This document shows, in pieces, positions 19,439-30,659 of a stretch of 64,000 nt of DNA. The notes below the pieces were generated by a model. It did no database searches, was not told the origin of the DNA, and saw only the letters and a program-made list of their open reading frames with translations. The stretch's first letter is position 1. Each line of letters begins with the position of its first letter. The translations under genes were made by a program, and so were the position numbers. Origin of the DNA: Coleofasciculus sp. B1-GNL1-01 (GTDB lineage Bacteria; Cyanobacteriota; Cyanobacteriia; Cyanobacteriales; Coleofasciculaceae). The DNA lies in the NCBI GenBank assembly GCA_040220235.1, contig JAVJTO010000044.1; one strand, 5' to 3'.

Positions 19439-22400
19439 TTACGAGGTATATTGATTAATAAGTTGCTCTATTTTTTTTAGCTGAAAACCTCTAGCGAGAT
19501 GATGAATTTGTTTTGCAAAGGGAATCCATTGACTGTTTACATTTTCCCAATGCTGCGCTTGATCGATCATGCCTTGAATATCCCCCATTACCAACAATTC
19601 TGACAAAATAGCTAGTTCTGAAGCCGGTGGAGGAACCAGCGGTATCGTATTGGTTTCCAATTTACCCGTTTTTGAATCTCTGGGTTCTTCATAAATGCCT
19701 TCCACACCTAAATGGACAATCAATAATTCCAGGAGTTGCTGGATTGGCACAGGTTTTGATAGAAAGTCTTGGCATCCAGCCGCTAAACTCTCCTGCTGGG
19801 TCGTCTCGAAAACATTAGCGGATATGGCAATAATAACCGTCTTTTCGAGCTGAGGCAATTGGCGTAGTCGCCGCGTTGCAGTCAAACCATCTAGTCCCGG
19901 CATGATTAAGTCCATTAAGATCAGATCAGGCTGAATCTCAACTGCCTTTTGTAAACAATCTTGACCATCCACGGCTTCAAAAATGTTCAAGTCGAACGGT
20001 TTGAGTAATTCTTGTAAGAAAGACCGATTAATCGCATTATCATCAACAATGAGAAGAGTTTGCTGTTGTCCTTTTACGCCAATGAGTCGGCGATCGCTTA
20101 ATGGATTTGAGGCTTGTCCGCCGGACACATCAGACAACTCTAAATCGAACCAAAATATACTGCCTTGACCCAAAGTACTACTAACCTGAATCGTGCTACC
20201 CATCAGTTGAACCAACTTCTGGCTGATAGCAAGTCCCAATCCAGTCCCTTCAACAGCATGGGTGAGATCGCTTACTTGATGGAAGGGTAAAAAGATTTCG
20301 CTTAATTGTTGCGGATCGATGCCAATTCCTGTATCTTCGACTTGAAAACGAATCCTGCGAGTTGGAGAAGTGTTGTTCCTTCGCTTCCTAGAGGATGATT
20401 TTGATTGATCTTCCCCATCTTCTTCATTAACCTCAATGTCCACATCACCAACTGTAAACGTCACGCTACCCTGATCCGTAAACTTCACTGCATTACTAAG
20501 TAAATTGATCAGAACCTGTCGCAACCGTTTCTCATCAGCGATAACAGTCTGGGGAAGAGGAGATAAGAGTTGGTATGTAAAGTCAATCTCTTTTTGGCTA
20601 GCACGCAGACGGAAAAGACTGCCGATGCTGCTGAGAAAGGTTGGCAAATGAAACTCAGTGGGGTTAAGTTCTAATTTCTGGGATTCAATCTTAGAAAAGT
20701 CTAAAATATCATTAATTAACGTGAGTAAATGTTCACCACATTGGTAAACAATCGTTAAACTCTCGCGTTGAGTTTCAGTTAAATTAGTATCGTTTTGCAG
20801 GAGTTTAGCATAGCCTAAAATGCCGTTGAGAGGGGTTCTGAGTTCGTGACTCATCGTTGCCAAAAATTCGCTTTTCGCCCGATTTGCGACTTCGGCGGCG
20901 TCTTTGGCGTGTTGGAGTGCCACTTCTATCTGTTTATGCGCCGTAATGTCTCGGGTAACACTTAACACAGACCGAATTGTGCCATCGGCATTAAATTCAG
21001 GGACGATGCGAGAGTGAAAAAATTTCATCCCCTTGCTGGTGGCAAAGTCAAACTCAATCAGTTGTTCTTGTCCAGTTGTCAAGACAGATCGTAGGGCTTC
21101 ATCCCAAAACTGGACTTTATCTGGCGGCATTCCCAACTCCCCATTGGTTTTACCGATAAAAGTTTGAGGGGAACATTTTGTGACTTGTTCGATTGCTGGA
21201 TTTACATAGAGATGACGCAATTGGTGATCGAATCGGGCAACAATATCCGGTGAATTTTCCACCAACGCCCTAAATTGTTGTTCGCGGTAATAGAGGGCTT
21301 CTTCCGCTTGCTTGCGATCGCTAATATCACGGTTACTGGCTCGTTGACCTAGCCATCGTCCATCCTCACTATAAACAGGTTGGCAAGCATGGGCAATCCA
21401 ACGGATCGATCCGGTGCGAGTAATGATGCGAAAGTCGGTTGAGTAGATATGGGGATTGTCTAGCTGTTGGCGTATATGTTCAGCAATTCTCTGGCGATCA
21501 TCGGGATGAACAATTGCCTCAAACAAGCGAGGATTATTGAGGAATTCCTCAGCCTGATAACCTGTGATCCGTTGACAAGAGGGAGAAACATAAATAAAGC
21601 TGCCATCGGGATCTCGCCAATATTCCCAGTCATAAGTAAAATCGGCTACGGTGCGAAAGCGCTGTTCACTTTCTTGTAGGGCTTGTTCTGCCTGTTTACG
21701 TTCTGTAATATCGTGAGCAACAACATAAATTAACTGCTCTTCCAGAAATGGCACGCCAGTCCAAGACAACCATTTGTATGACCCATCTTGACAACGATAC
21801 CGATTCTCAAAGGACTTAACTGTAATCCCAGATGCCAGTTTTTTCATTTGCGCCTGAGTTGCGAGGCGATCCTCAGGATGAACCCATTGGATAAAGGGTT
21901 GGGTGGTTAACGTTTCAGAGGTAAAACCCAGGGTTTTCTCCAAAGCGGGATTGACATCGATAAAGTACCCCTCAAAGTTGGCAATCGCCAGGATATCCAG
22001 GGAAAGGTTAAACAAGCGATCGCGTTCTTGTTGGATGTGTTGACGTTCCCTTAATTCGGCTTGAAGTTGGGAATAGAGTTGGGCTTGTTGGATGGCGATT
22101 GTGACTTGAGTCGTTAATGAACAGAGGAGTTCAGCTTCCCACGGTTGCCATTTTCTGGTGGTATAGTGATGAGCAATCAGTAATCCCCACAGGGTTTCAT
22201 TCTCCAGAATCGGCATCACGAGTTTGGATTTAACCCCAAACTGCCTGACAGTATCAGCTAAACAGTATCCGATGTCATCCCGTTCAACATCCGCAATGGT
22301 ATGAATTCCGCCGCAACAGTAAAATTGATGACAAGCTGGAGGAAAGATTAAGTCAGGGAGAGAATGGTCTTGGGGAACCGAACAGTCTGAGGCTAAGGCT

Positions 22401-23512
22401 TGGGCGACAAGCTTTCCCGTACCATCGCCATGAGTTTGGTAAATCACCACCTGATCACAAGCCAACAATTGCTGCACTTGGCTTACGGTCGTGTTCAGAA
22501 TCTGATTTAGATCTAAAGACTGACGAATCTGTTGCGCGATCGCACTGATTAACCGTTCTTGTTGAGCTTGCAAATGCACCGCAGCTTCAGCGCGTTTGCG
22601 TTCCTGAATTTCATGTTTTAAGTTGTCATTAGTACGCTGAAGTTCTTGGGTACGCTCAATGACTCGTTGTTCTAACTCAGCATTCAAGCGATAGATTTGG
22701 GTTTCAGCTTGTTTGCGATCGCTAATATCGATCACTGTACCGATCATCCGCACCGCTTGACCCATTTGGTTATAGATATATTTTCCCTTTCCCTCAATCC
22801 AGTGAATACTCCCATCTGACCACACTACCCGAAATTCATGATCATACTCATGTTGTTCTAACCGAGAACGGTTCACCGCTTGCTTAACGGCTTCTCGGTC
22901 ATCCGGATGAATACAAGCCTCAAACGTCTTGTATGTGCCATCATAAGTCCCTGGAGTCAAGCCAAACAGCAGTTCATGATACTCTGACCAACAAATCTGA
23001 TTTGTCAACAGATTCCAGTCCCAAATTCCCATTTGAGCCGTATCGAGAGCCAGGTTGAGGCGTTCTTCACTTTGGCGCAACTCGGCTTCTACCTGTTTGC
23101 GTTCGGTAATATCTCGCAAAATGGATAAATGGCGATGGGGGATCACATTAGCGGTTGCTGAATATTCCGTCTCCCGGATTGTCCCATCCCGGCACCGGAG
23201 ACGAAACTCCCCCTTTACGTGTCCCTGTTCCAGAAAAATACGCCACGCCTCTTGGAAATCAAACTCCAAGTCAGCAAAGTCTGAGATGCGGCATCCTAAG
23301 AGTTCCTCACGAGATACACCAAATAGGCGACAAGCCGCTGGATTGACCTCAACATACTGTCCTTGATCATCCGCGATCGCCATGGCGTCGAGTGCTTGAT
23401 TAAACAGTGCCTGAAATAGCGATAAAGAGTGACTGTCACTGTGGCTATACATAGCGTATACTATTGATTGACTCTCATCAGTTGGGATGTGATGTGAACA
23501 ACCGCTGCTCAT
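19439..23512 (-). CDS. Multi-PAS/GAF hybrid sensor histidine kinase with C-terminal receiver
   Basis: Five PAS/PAC domains (DITERK/DISDRK/DITAHK ends), one GAF, MSHELRTP, NAVKFT, DTGIG, GTGLGL and REC (DLIMP). Confidence 0.95.
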   Translation of the reverse strand: MSSGCSHHIPTDESQSIVYAMYSHSDSHSLSLFQALFNQALDAMAIADDQGQYVEVNPAACRLFGVSREELLGCRISDFADLEFDFQEAWRIFLEQGHVKGEFRLRCRDGTIRETEYSATANVIPHRHLSILRDITERKQVEAELRQSEERLNLALDTAQMGIWDWNLLTNQICWSEYHELLFGLTPGTYDGTYKTFEACIHPDDREAVKQAVNRSRLEQHEYDHEFRVVWSDGSIHWIEGKGKYIYNQMGQAVRMIGTVIDISDRKQAETQIYRLNAELEQRVIERTQELQRTNDNLKHEIQERKRAEAAVHLQAQQERLISAIAQQIRQSLDLNQILNTTVSQVQQLLACDQVVIYQTHGDGTGKLVAQALASDCSVPQDHSLPDLIFPPACHQFYCCGGIHTIADVERDDIGYCLADTVRQFGVKSKLVMPILENETLWGLLIAHHYTTRKWQPWEAELLCSLTTQVTIAIQQAQLYSQLQAELRERQHIQQERDRLFNLSLDILAIANFEGYFIDVNPALEKTLGFTSETLTTQPFIQWVHPEDRLATQAQMKKLASGITVKSFENRYRCQDGSYKWLSWTGVPFLEEQLIYVVAHDITERKQAEQALQESEQRFRTVADFTYDWEYWRDPDGSFIYVSPSCQRITGYQAEEFLNNPRLFEAIVHPDDRQRIAEHIRQQLDNPHIYSTDFRIITRTGSIRWIAHACQPVYSEDGRWLGQRASNRDISDRKQAEEALYYREQQFRALVENSPDIVARFDHQLRHLYVNPAIEQVTKCSPQTFIGKTNGELGMPPDKVQFWDEALRSVLTTGQEQLIEFDFATSKGMKFFHSRIVPEFNADGTIRSVLSVTRDITAHKQIEVALQHAKDAAEVANRAKSEFLATMSHELRTPLNGILGYAKLLQNDTNLTETQRESLTIVYQCGEHLLTLINDILDFSKIESQKLELNPTEFHLPTFLSSIGSLFRLRASQKEIDFTYQLLSPLPQTVIADEKRLRQVLINLLSNAVKFTDQGSVTFTVGDVDIEVNEEDGEDQSKSSSRKRRNNTSPTRRIRFQVEDTGIGIDPQQLSEIFLPFHQVSDLTHAVEGTGLGLAISQKLVQLMGSTIQVSSTLGQGSIFWFDLELSDVSGGQASNPLSDRRLIGVKGQQQTLLIVDDNAINRSFLQELLKPFDLNIFEAVDGQDCLQKAVEIQPDLILMDLIMPGLDGLTATRRLRQLPQLEKTVIIAISANVFETTQQESLAAGCQDFLSKPVPIQQLLELLIVHLGVEGIYEEPRDSKTGKLETNTIPLVPPPASELAILSELLVMGDIQGMIDQAQHWENVNSQWIPFAKQIHHLARGFQLKKIEQLINQYTS

Positions 23513-24092
23513 CCTATTGACTACAGCACCATCACCCTACATATCGGATAAGGTCTAATTGAGTTGATTTCAAACGTTGGTAGAAAAATACTCCCCAAAA
23601 AATGATTCAGTCGGTAAAGACAAAAAATTGGGGGTGTCCAGTCCTCGTTTCCCTGCTCCCTTATGTCTCCCTAGTGCAAGAGCGAATTTATCTCCCCGGT
23701 GTCCCCAGCTTGAACAGCTAGCTACAATGGTGAGAGTTTTCCTCGATTTGAGGGAAAACAAACCCTTATTTGTAATCTACTATACAGTAACTTAGCAACG
23801 TATGAATTCAGTCTTGCACCATCCCCAGGCAAGTCGATTTATATAGGATGGGCAAGGGTGGTCAGGATTAAAACGTTTGTACTATAGGCTGGGTTTGGCT
23901 AATCACAGTCACATTCTCATCCAAGGAATCCCCAGTGTGGGAACACAACAGGCGCTATCGAGTAAAATTTTACTGAAAAACTTTTCCCTTGGACTTTGAG
24001 AGCAGGTGATCGCGCAAAACTGCCACACATCCAGCGTGTTCTACTTAGTCTCAAGTCCAGATGGTGAATAGCAAACTCTGAGGGTTGACGGA

Positions 24093-24770
24093 TTGATGAT
24101 CAGCAAAGACTTACCAAAGCCAGAGAAGATGAAGATCCTTGTCGTTGAAGACCACGAATTAACCATGGGTGGCACAATCGAGGTGTTGCAACGGCAATAC
24201 CCAGAGGCTCAAATCCGAACCGCTCAAACGCAACAAAGTACTCTGGAGCAAGTGGAAACATTTCAGCCTGACCTGGTTATTATGGATCTTTCTATTCCAG
24301 AAGTCTCTGGAAAGACAGCTAAAACTGAGACGGGCATTAAACTCCTGCGGACAGTGATGCATCAGTACCCCGATCTCAATCTCGTCGTGTTAAGTACCTA
24401 TGTCAATGCCTTGGTGCGGATTAACCATGAAATTGACGAGCATAAAGGGGGTTTCACCGTGGTTGATAAAGGTTTCTCCAGTCAGGATATGTTAACCCGA
24501 GTTGATTGGGCATTCCAGGGATTAACCCATACCAAAGACCTAAATATGCCAGGAGGAGAAGTCAAGCCAGAGTGGCTGGAGGTACTCATCCTAGCATTTC
24601 AAGAGGGATTGCAAGATAAGGCAATTGCTGAGCGGATGCAGATAACAACCCGAACCGTGCTTCACTACTGGACGAAGATTCGAGACGTTCTGGGTGTTTA
24701 TCCGGAAGAGGGGAAGAATCTGCGAATTCAAACCGAGATGCGAGCGAGAGAAGAAGGGTTTATTGATTGA
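24093..24770 (+). CDS. NarL/LuxR-type DNA-binding response regulator
   Basis: VEDH...MDLSIP receiver domain; C-terminal HTH GLQDKAIAERMQITTRTVLHY. Confidence 0.88.
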   Translation: MMISKDLPKPEKMKILVVEDHELTMGGTIEVLQRQYPEAQIRTAQTQQSTLEQVETFQPDLVIMDLSIPEVSGKTAKTETGIKLLRTVMHQYPDLNLVVLSTYVNALVRINHEIDEHKGGFTVVDKGFSSQDMLTRVDWAFQGLTHTKDLNMPGGEVKPEWLEVLILAFQEGLQDKAIAERMQITTRTVLHYWTKIRDVLGVYPEEGKNLRIQTEMRAREEGFID

Positions 24771-24793
24771 TCACTTAAGCAAGGAAGAAGCTG

Positions 24794-26734
24794 TTGCGGC
24801 GAAGTCTTTGGCAAAAAATAAAAAAGGAAATTGTCATCTGGCGTGGAGGATCACTGCCAGGAATTGTGGTGACTGGACTGGTAATACTCGCTCGTCTCAA
24901 TGGTTCACTTCAAAGTCTAGAGTGGATAATGCTCGATACCTTCCTGCGTCTGCGTCCTGCTGAACCTATCGATGAACGGATCGTCATTATTGGAATTGAT
25001 GAAGCGGATATCCAGGATGTAGGAAGCTATCCCATACCGGATCAAGAAATTGCCAGATTATTTAGAACATTGCAAACCTACAAACCCAGAGCTATCGGTC
25101 TTGATATCGTTCGGGATTTACCAGTTAATCCGGGTCACGATGAACGGGTTGCGGTTTTTGAGGAGTTCAAAAATATTATTGGGATTGAAAAAGTATTACC
25201 CGTTCAAATTGCGCCACTTCAAATTGCACCACCTCCCGAATTACCCCCTAAGCAAGTTGGTTTTTCAGATACTATTCTCGATAAAGATGGTAAGATCAGG
25301 CGCTCTCTTCTAGTAACGCCTACTTCCCCAGGATACCAGTTTTCTTTATCTCTGCGTCTGGCAGAAATTTATTTAGCCTCTGAAGGCATTTCTCCAGAAA
25401 ATGACATTCATGATCCTCATGCGATCAGGTTTGGTTCAACGACACTCCCTCGCTTTTTGCCCAATTCCGGTGGATATGTGGGAACGGATGCAGGGGGGGT
25501 TCAAGTCTTGCTTAATTTTCGGAGTGGTCGAGAACGGTTTCGGACTCTCTCACTTAATCAGATCAAAACCGGGAATTTTAATCCCAGTTGGATTCGCGAT
25601 CGCATTGTTATTGTTGGTATAACAGCTCCCAGCGTCAAAGATATCGTCAAGACTTCTGCCATTACCAATCTCAATCCTCCTGGGCAGATTTATGGCGTGG
25701 AATTTCATGCTCATTCTACGAGTCAAATTCTCAGTGCTGTTCTGGATGGGCGATCGCTGTTAAGGACTTGGTCAGATGGGTGGGAATATTTATGGATTTT
25801 AGGTTGGGGTTTTGTCGCAATTAGTCTGGGGCGGCTGACTCAATCCCCTTGGAAAAGTCTGTTTGGTTTTGGCATTGTTAGCCTGGGGATCGTTGGAATT
25901 GGTTATGTGTTTCTAGCTTGGGGGTGGTGGATTACCGTAGCACCTGTTTTATTAATTTTGACCCTCAATGGTTTAGGACTGAGTGCTTTTGCCTTTTATC
26001 AACATGACCAAGTTTTGAGGTCTGAGATTTACGTTCGCCAAGGCACTATTGAACACACATTTAATGTCATTCATAATGGTCCTTTGCAAACACTGGCTAA
26101 TGTTTTGAGGGATATTCGAGAAGACTCACCACAAAACCCCTTTCTCTCAGAATTAGAGAATCTTAACCAGGAAATTCGGGGAGTTGGTGAATACCTGCAA
26201 CGAGAAGCTCTCACTCAAGAAGAAAGCCTTCTCCTAGGAAGCGGCTTCAAACTCGACTTAAAGCTGCCAATTCACGAACTGTTCTATAAAGTCTATAGGG
26301 AGACGCTTCAGCGAGATAACTTTCCCAACTTTAAGACTCTCAAGGTTAAAGTCCGCACATTTGCTCCAATTGAGTCTCAATCCCTGAGCCTTGAGCAAAA
26401 GCGGGAACTCTGCCAGTTTCTCGAAGAGGCGCTGTGCAATGTGGGAAAACATGCCAAAGGAGTAACTCGCCTCAGTGCTATTGGCAAGCCCAATCAGGGC
26501 TGGTACAGTTTGAGTATTAAAGATAACGGCTCCGGCATCTGTTCATCCTCTGAAAACCGAGGGACAAAGCAATGTAAAAATCTGGCGAAACAACTAGGGG
26601 GGACATTTAAGCGAGAGCCTCTTTCTCCCCGAGGAACTCTATGCGAGTTAACCTGGCCCCTCGTAAGTCGGTACTGGAACCTGGGTAAAGTTGGAGATAG
26701 CGTTAAATCCTTTTTCTTGAGAAAAATAAGATGA
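24794..26734 (+). CDS. CHASE2 sensor with NarX-like histidine kinase/HATPase output
   Basis: IVIIGIDE, IGLDIVRD and DKDGKIRR CHASE2 motifs; TM helices; HNGPLQ H-box, EEALCNVGKHA and KDNGSG. Confidence 0.9.
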   Translation: MRRSLWQKIKKEIVIWRGGSLPGIVVTGLVILARLNGSLQSLEWIMLDTFLRLRPAEPIDERIVIIGIDEADIQDVGSYPIPDQEIARLFRTLQTYKPRAIGLDIVRDLPVNPGHDERVAVFEEFKNIIGIEKVLPVQIAPLQIAPPPELPPKQVGFSDTILDKDGKIRRSLLVTPTSPGYQFSLSLRLAEIYLASEGISPENDIHDPHAIRFGSTTLPRFLPNSGGYVGTDAGGVQVLLNFRSGRERFRTLSLNQIKTGNFNPSWIRDRIVIVGITAPSVKDIVKTSAITNLNPPGQIYGVEFHAHSTSQILSAVLDGRSLLRTWSDGWEYLWILGWGFVAISLGRLTQSPWKSLFGFGIVSLGIVGIGYVFLAWGWWITVAPVLLILTLNGLGLSAFAFYQHDQVLRSEIYVRQGTIEHTFNVIHNGPLQTLANVLRDIREDSPQNPFLSELENLNQEIRGVGEYLQREALTQEESLLLGSGFKLDLKLPIHELFYKVYRETLQRDNFPNFKTLKVKVRTFAPIESQSLSLEQKRELCQFLEEALCNVGKHAKGVTRLSAIGKPNQGWYSLSIKDNGSGICSSSENRGTKQCKNLAKQLGGTFKREPLSPRGTLCELTWPLVSRYWNLGKVGDSVKSFFLRKIR

Positions 26735-26894
26735 TTCGTTTAGCTGCGAAACCGTAGGGGCGCACCGACGTGCGCCCGATTCAATGGTAAAATCTATTCC
26801 AAAATTTTAGCTGTGTCAGTCCGCCATAGTGGGTTTGGCGATAGCCGTAACCCGCCAACATCCAGGAATGGATTGTGTTACAGTTTAACCCAAA

Positions 26895-27662
26895 TTGCTA
26901 GCACCAGAGATTATGAAAACTAAAACCCTGGAATTTCTGAGCAACCCCATCAACACTAGACTGGTAACTAGCTGTGTTTTAGGCTTATCGCTGGTCATAA
27001 CTCCGGCGGCTCTAGCTAATTATGTACCCCCTGCTGATCAGGAGCCTCCAAGTGACTATACAGGACAAGCAGGTCCCAGAGGTGGGTGTGAAGGTAAAGG
27101 GATACCCCTAACAGCCCTAGCGCCTCAGAGTCATGTTGGACAAACAGCTTCAACTCGCCCGACTTTTGCTTGGTTTGTTCCTGACTCGACCACCAAACCG
27201 ATGGAATTTAGGCTCTTTGAATATGACTCGAACGGTAACCTCCAATTAATCGGTGAGCCAATTTTATGGGAGAGTTCGCCAGGGATTATGACATTGCCCT
27301 TGCCAGAGGACAGACCAAAACTTAAAGTAGGCCACACTTATCTTTGGCAAGTCACCATCTTATGTGACCCAGATAACGCATCGAGTGATTTGATTGCTAC
27401 GGCAGATATTAAGGTTGTAGAGATGCCTTCGGCTTTGGAAGGTATGTTTGTCGATAGCTCAAACAAATCCGATTTCTATGCCAAGGCAAGTTTATGGTAC
27501 GACGCTTTAGGTGAAGCGCTCAAGTTGGCTGACAAATCCAGGCTGGGAAAGGTGGGTTCAACCTTGCTAGAGGACCTAGCTGAATTAGAGGCAGCAGAAC
27601 TAATTGACGAGGAGTATGAACGGATTGAGAACTTAAGCCAAATCGCCAGTAACCTGTGGTAA
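26895..27662 (+). CDS. DUF928 domain secreted protein
   Basis: Signal peptide; AGPRGGC, LTALAP, GQT...PTFAWFVP, YLWQV.ILC and LWYDAL motifs. Confidence 0.85.
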   Translation: MLAPEIMKTKTLEFLSNPINTRLVTSCVLGLSLVITPAALANYVPPADQEPPSDYTGQAGPRGGCEGKGIPLTALAPQSHVGQTASTRPTFAWFVPDSTTKPMEFRLFEYDSNGNLQLIGEPILWESSPGIMTLPLPEDRPKLKVGHTYLWQVTILCDPDNASSDLIATADIKVVEMPSALEGMFVDSSNKSDFYAKASLWYDALGEALKLADKSRLGKVGSTLLEDLAELEAAELIDEEYERIENLSQIASNLW

Positions 27663-27829
27663 TTGGGGCTTGCTGCACAAAACCGAAACCATTAGCTATC
27701 AAGGCTTGGAGTGGCATTAATATTTGCTCTAGTCTAGAAACTATTGTAGAGACGCGCCATGGCGCGTCTGGGCGGGTTTAGTCACATCTGGATGTAACTC
27801 ACCTCACAACTCCCGACAGCAACCCTTAG

Positions 27830-30499
27830 TTAAAGCCAATTGCCGATGAGGATAAACGGTGCCCAGTAGGCGGGGTGGGCATATTGGTCATTAATTTCTT
27901 CTGTGTCCTTCGCCTCAATCAGTTTTCGCTGAGCTGCACGTAAAGCCTCGGCTTTGCTCACGCCGGGACGGCGCAAGTTGGCATAAAACTCTGTCACCAA
28001 CTCGGCTGTGGAGGCATCATTGACAAACCAAAGGGAAGCTAAGGCACTGCTGACACCGGCTTGCACGGCAATGCCAGCTAAACCCAGAGCAGCTCGGTCA
28101 TCTCCGACTGCTGTTTGACAAGCTGTGAGGGCAAGCAAGTCGCCGGAGTCGGGTTTACGACTAACGCGGCTGATGATGTTTTCTAGATCATTGAGGGTGA
28201 GTTTGTCGTTATTGCCAGTGACGAGAAAGGTGTCCTCTCGAATCGCACTAAACTGACCGTGGGTGGCGATGTGAAGAATTGGGTAAACGGTTTGACTCAG
28301 TTCTTTTTCCATGCTCTCTTGGATAAAATCCTCATTCAAGAGTGTTTTGCTACCGGGAAATTGAGTCTCGATTTCCTTGAGTTCAGTTTTAACATTGGTC
28401 AACGCTGAAAACGTTTGCCCATTGACTTCACTTTCTTGGGTTAAACCTAAGGCTAAAACGCGAAGGTTTTGACGGTTCAAAGCTTGCGGATTGGTCAGGT
28501 TAAGACTGGGGGTTGTGGCAATGGCATAGTTTTCCACCAAGAATTTCTCACCGTCGTGAAGGGCAGCCATTGGGATGCTGCGTAAGATGCCATCCTGGAT
28601 GAAAACGAGAGTGTCTATCGGTGCTGAGTTTAAATCATTGGCAAAAGGGGCAATAATCCTGTTGTACAGCTCCTGGGCTGGTTTTGGGTTATAGATAATG
28701 TCACGTCTGCGCTCTAGTCCCCGGCGAAATTGGTTAATGTCTTCCCGAAGCTTCTGACTATCAACGTCGATCCACTTCAGCCGCTTTTCACCGTTGGGAA
28801 GACTGACCAGAATCGCGGTGCGATCGCTTAAAATAATCGAGCTAAAGACAGCGGTGTTTTCCCCAACCAGTTCGTCAACCCGTTCCTGACTGATGAGTGT
28901 TAAGGCACAATCATTCCCGAAGTAATTTTGCAGTTCTGCGAGTTTTAGGGAATCAATGGTTTCGAGGGCAGAGTCTAGTTCCTTTTTATAATCTTGACTA
29001 TCTCTTGGTTTCAAAACAGCACGCTCTAACCTTAACTGAGCCAACTCCCGGTGGAGAGGATTAATCGCATCCCGAAAGTCAAACTGTAAGTCTCGCTCGG
29101 CAATCAGAAGCTCATTTCGGATATCGTTGAGTGTCGCGATCGCTTGTTCATAAGCTTTGAGAGCCTCAGTTTCATTCCCTTGGGCGTTGAAGATGCGTCC
29201 TGCCTGCCACTCCCACAAATACAGACTATCTTTAGCCGATTGATTGTTGTCCGCCACCCACTGTGCCTTGCGAGTGAATTCTTGGGCGTTCTTATAGTCT
29301 TGGCGGCATTCATAGAGATGACCCAATTCACCCAAGGCAAATGACTCGGAACGGGAGTCCTGAAGACGTTGAGCAATTGAGACGGCTTGATTGAGGAGTT
29401 CTTCTGCCTGTCCTTCTAGCAGACGCTTACCGCAGGGACTAACTGGGGTCATTGGCTGCTCCAGTTTAGCTAATTCGATGGCGGCATAGACTTTATCTTG
29501 AGAATCCGGTAGCTGCTTGAGTAAGTCCTGAGCTTGTTTGAGGGTTGTTGCTGCGTTGTTTGCGGCGTTGGGTAAGGTTGATTCTTTCGGGCGGTAATAA
29601 AGTTTAATTAAATTGCGTAACACCCGCATTTGAGCAAATTGGTCGTTTTGAGCAAGTTGGAGACTCTGTTGAAAATGGGTTTGAGCTTGCTGGTAATATT
29701 CAATCGCCTCTTGTCGAAATTCTGATGCCTTAGTGTTAGCACCGCGTTGCTGGGCGGAGTTGGCATAACCCTCTGTGAGTTGAGCTTGAGCCATGTAGAC
29801 GTTGCCTATATTGTTTAGAGTAGAAGCGGCAGAGGCTGGGTGATTAAGCTCTTGGGCAATTTTTAAGCTCCTGTTTAAATGGGCGATCGCTTGGTCGTAA
29901 TCCCCTCTGAGGCGATAGGCTTCTCCTAGACTCCCGTGGGCGGCTATTTCTCCGTCTCGATCGTGATGCGCTTGGGCAATTTGCACAGCACTGCCTTCAG
30001 GGCAACTCTCCTGTTGGCGAGAATCAGGGACGCCACATAAAAGCGCGATCGCTTTTCTGGCTTGTCCAAAGCGGCTGTAGGCTTGAGCCAGTTCGGTTTT
30101 CGTTCGCCCTATTTGCTGCCAGTCACCTAGTTTTTGATAGTCAGCCATGGCTTGTTGCCAATAGCTGATTGCCTGCTCAATGTGACCGATTTTTTGATAG
30201 GTTCTTGCTAGGTTTTCCCGGATAATGGCGGCGTTGGCGCGATTATTGGTCCTTTGGTAGAGTTCTAAGGCGTTTTGCCAGGGTTCAATCGCCCCTTGAT
30301 AATCTCCTGTCCGGTAGGACTCAACCCCTTGTTGCACGAGTTGACTGGCATTGCCAGATTGGGTTGTTGCTACATTTCCCGGTGCAGCCGGTTGAGCAAT
30401 GGAGGGAAGATGACCGAGCCATAGGGAAAGGGTAAGGCTACTGAGAAAGAGAAATCCTAAAAGGCGATGGACGCTGGTTTGATGATGTTGACTGGGCAT
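27830..30499 (-). CDS. TPR + CHAT (caspase-like) domain protein with signal peptide
   Basis: N-terminal signal; TPR repeats; catalytic His (HIATHGQF) and Cys (LTACQTA); HPAYWAPFILIGNWL terminus. Confidence 0.93.
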   Translation of the reverse strand: MPSQHHQTSVHRLLGFLFLSSLTLSLWLGHLPSIAQPAAPGNVATTQSGNASQLVQQGVESYRTGDYQGAIEPWQNALELYQRTNNRANAAIIRENLARTYQKIGHIEQAISYWQQAMADYQKLGDWQQIGRTKTELAQAYSRFGQARKAIALLCGVPDSRQQESCPEGSAVQIAQAHHDRDGEIAAHGSLGEAYRLRGDYDQAIAHLNRSLKIAQELNHPASAASTLNNIGNVYMAQAQLTEGYANSAQQRGANTKASEFRQEAIEYYQQAQTHFQQSLQLAQNDQFAQMRVLRNLIKLYYRPKESTLPNAANNAATTLKQAQDLLKQLPDSQDKVYAAIELAKLEQPMTPVSPCGKRLLEGQAEELLNQAVSIAQRLQDSRSESFALGELGHLYECRQDYKNAQEFTRKAQWVADNNQSAKDSLYLWEWQAGRIFNAQGNETEALKAYEQAIATLNDIRNELLIAERDLQFDFRDAINPLHRELAQLRLERAVLKPRDSQDYKKELDSALETIDSLKLAELQNYFGNDCALTLISQERVDELVGENTAVFSSIILSDRTAILVSLPNGEKRLKWIDVDSQKLREDINQFRRGLERRRDIIYNPKPAQELYNRIIAPFANDLNSAPIDTLVFIQDGILRSIPMAALHDGEKFLVENYAIATTPSLNLTNPQALNRQNLRVLALGLTQESEVNGQTFSALTNVKTELKEIETQFPGSKTLLNEDFIQESMEKELSQTVYPILHIATHGQFSAIREDTFLVTGNNDKLTLNDLENIISRVSRKPDSGDLLALTACQTAVGDDRAALGLAGIAVQAGVSSALASLWFVNDASTAELVTEFYANLRRPGVSKAEALRAAQRKLIEAKDTEEINDQYAHPAYWAPFILIGNWL

Positions 30500-30519
30500 T
30501 TAATAGAACCCTCCAGTGC

Positions 30520-30615
30520 TACAGCACTTTCTAACACGGTGTAGTACAGTAACGATGAGACAGTGCTTTTCTACTCTTGGAAATGGTGTATCACATTGAG
30601 TCTGAAAACGCTGTA
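30520..30615. mobile_element. MITE with IS630-like TA-flanked imperfect inverted ends
   Basis: Left end TACAGCACTTTCTAACACGGTGTAGTACA; right end reverse complement TACAGCGTTTTCAGACTCAATGTGATACA. Confidence 0.6.
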
Positions 30616-30659
30616 AATACCTGGACACAAATCTTGCACTGATTTGTCGTGTGGCTGTA

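Noticed and set aside
26810..26860. Similarity (TAGTGGG...TAGCCGT...ACCCGCCAA) to the minus strand near 55650-55696 as a riboswitch
   Set aside because: Short patchy match with no recognisable riboswitch consensus.
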